Shown piece after piece: positions 31,435 to 32,545 of a stretch of 32,545 nt of DNA (position 1 is its first letter; every line of letters starts with the position of its first letter). The DNA comes from Candidatus Hydrothermarchaeaceae archaeon (GTDB lineage: Archaea; Hydrothermarchaeota; Hydrothermarchaeia; Hydrothermarchaeales; Hydrothermarchaeaceae). A program made the translations under genes and the position numbers. The notes below the pieces were generated by a model. The model did no database searches. It worked only from the letters and a program-made list of their open reading frames with translations, and had not been told where the DNA came from. The DNA is taken from assembly GCA_036446855.1 (NCBI GenBank), contig JAZFTU010000050.1, positions 1 through 32,545 on the forward strand, in the 5' to 3' direction.

Positions 31435-32545
31435 ATGGAGGACAAAAAATCAAAAATAATAGCTCTTGCGGAAACGGGGGCGGTAGATAGGGCCATAGAG
31501 AAGGCAGGGAGTGACTTAAAGCTTCTAAACGATTTGGGTGCACATTTTGGAAAACAAGGGAGTCCTGCCGGAGAATTTTTTTTAAAAAGGGTCATAGAAT
31601 TAGACCCTAGTTATGCCCTGGCCCACAATAACTTGGGCATCATATTGGCAGATATCGGGAACACAAAAGAGGCAGAGAGAGAATACAGAAAAGCAATTGA
31701 ATTGGACCCAGAGGATGCAACATCCCATTACCATCTGGGCTTCCTGCTTGCAAAGACTGGGCGCATAGAAGAAGCAGAGAGAGAATACAGAAAGGCGATC
31801 AAGCTGGACCCTAAAGACGCAACAGCCCACTACAATCTAGGAAATTTTTTGGCAGATACCGGGAACACAAAAGAGGCAGAGAGAGAATACAAGAAAGCAA
31901 TCGATTTAGACCTAGGGGACGCAACAGTCCACAATAATCTTGCCATTATCTTAAAGGACACCGGGCGCATAGAAGAAGCCGAGAGAGAATACAGAAAGGC
32001 AATTGGTATGAACTCCAATGACGCCATGGCCCATTACAACCTGGGCATCCTACTTGCAATAACCGGGCAATTAGAAGAGGCAGAGAGAGAATACATAAAA
32101 GCAATCGAGCTGGACCCAAAAGACGCAACCTCCCATTACAACCTGGGCATTATACTGGAGGATGCGGGACGTATAAAAGAGGCAGAGGGAGAATATAAAA
32201 AAACAATAGAATTAGACCCAAGTTATGCTCCGGCCCCAATTAACCTTGGCATCATTTTAGGAGATGAGGGACGAACAGAAGAAGCAGAGAGAGAATACAG
32301 AAAGGCAATCAAGCTGGACCCAAAAGACGCAACCTCCCATTACAACCTGGGCATCCTACTTGCAAAGACTGGGCGCATAGAAGAGGCAGAGAGAGAATAC
32401 AGAAAGGCAATCAAGCTGGACCCTGAGGATGCCCCGGCCCACAACAATCTGGGGGCTCTCCTAAGAAATACGGGACGTACAGAGGAAGCAGAGAGCCAAT
32501 ATAGAAAAGCGACCGAATTAGACCCTGGTTACTCCCCGGCCCACA
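31435..32545 (+). CDS. Tetratricopeptide-repeat (TPR) protein, N-terminal part (runs off the right edge)
   Basis: The frame is open from ATG 31435 to the window end. At least 9 consecutive 34-aa units have the consensus A.AH.NLG..L...GR.EEAEREYRKAI.LDP.D. It is absent from the ORF track because no stop lies inside the window. Confidence 0.9.
   Translation, partial: MEDKKSKIIALAETGAVDRAIEKAGSDLKLLNDLGAHFGKQGSPAGEFFLKRVIELDPSYALAHNNLGIILADIGNTKEAEREYRKAIELDPEDATSHYHLGFLLAKTGRIEEAEREYRKAIKLDPKDATAHYNLGNFLADTGNTKEAEREYKKAIDLDLGDATVHNNLAIILKDTGRIEEAEREYRKAIGMNSNDAMAHYNLGILLAITGQLEEAEREYIKAIELDPKDATSHYNLGIILEDAGRIKEAEGEYKKTIELDPSYAPAPINLGIILGDEGRTEEAEREYRKAIKLDPKDATSHYNLGILLAKTGRIEEAEREYRKAIKLDPEDAPAHNNLGALLRNTGRTEEAESQYRKATELDPGYSPAH
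31609..32545 (+). repeat. Tandem 102-bp (34-codon) coding repeats of the TPR gene with near-identical copies
   Basis: nt 31747-31812 and nt 32359-32424 are 64/66 identical (offset 612 = 6 x 102). nt 32101-32150 and nt 32305-32354 are 49/50 identical (offset 204 = 2 x 102). Confidence 0.9.

Noticed and set aside
31413-32128. Four 60-76-aa minus-strand ORFs across the right end of the window.
   Set aside because: They are antisense reading frames of the tandem TPR repeats. The plus-strand frame gives a textbook 34-aa TPR consensus over more than 1.1 kb, and the repetitive antisense ORFs are a by-product.
1-32545. I considered whether the window is a mobile or extrachromosomal element (Borg-like or viral), or contains CRISPR, tRNA, rRNA or IS elements.
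   Set aside because: Essential housekeeping genes (abcE1, rpl10e, gatCAB, ppsA, mfnA) are interspersed on both strands. I saw no integrase, transposase, capsid or terminase genes. I saw no terminal or regularly spaced intergenic repeats and no tRNA-like cloverleaf candidates. The only tandem repeats are the coding TPR units.

Overview
Densely coding archaeal chromosomal segment with about 39 protein genes on both strands. I found no rRNA, tRNA, CRISPR array, transposase or integrase. Archaeal identity rests on ABCE1/RLI, ribosomal protein L10e, MfnA (methanofuran biosynthesis), class III prepilin-type signal peptides with the QxSxE motif, and an A24 prepilin peptidase. A multihaem c-type cytochrome at the left edge and a thioredoxin/CcdA module suggest a cytochrome-rich methanogen/ANME-like or Archaeoglobus-like euryarchaeon, but the lineage is inference only. 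Left to right: partial multihaem cytochrome and a SHOCT protein; an unknown protein tail-to-tail with a B12-radical SAM enzyme; a tightly coupled operon of SpoVG, a mini-pilin, prepilin peptidase, three pilin-like proteins and a membrane protein; a TIGR00725/LOG-like gene with ABCE1; an envelope cluster (CE4 deacetylase, metallophosphoesterase, GT-C type membrane glycosyltransferase); a membrane-spanning KaiC-like ATPase with a large ectodomain, then a soluble KaiC-like ATPase, convergent with an ArlI/PilB-type secretion ATPase; a lipoprotein rhodanese; a small HExxH membrane protein; a zinc-ribbon-AbrB protein next to a VapBC pair; mfnA; an XRE-HTH gene coupled to ppsA; an ArsR regulator with a CPHC motif divergent from thioredoxin-like, CcdA and DedA genes; rpl10e; DUF192; a DUF166-like gene; gatCAB; and a partial TPR protein built of 102-bp repeats. 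The best candidates for undescribed biology are (1) the KaiC-TM-ectodomain plus KaiC pair abutting an orphan type IV pilus-type ATPase, and (2) the SpoVG-led pilin operon that has no ATPase or platform gene. All functional calls come from reading the translated ORFs by eye; no database search was run.
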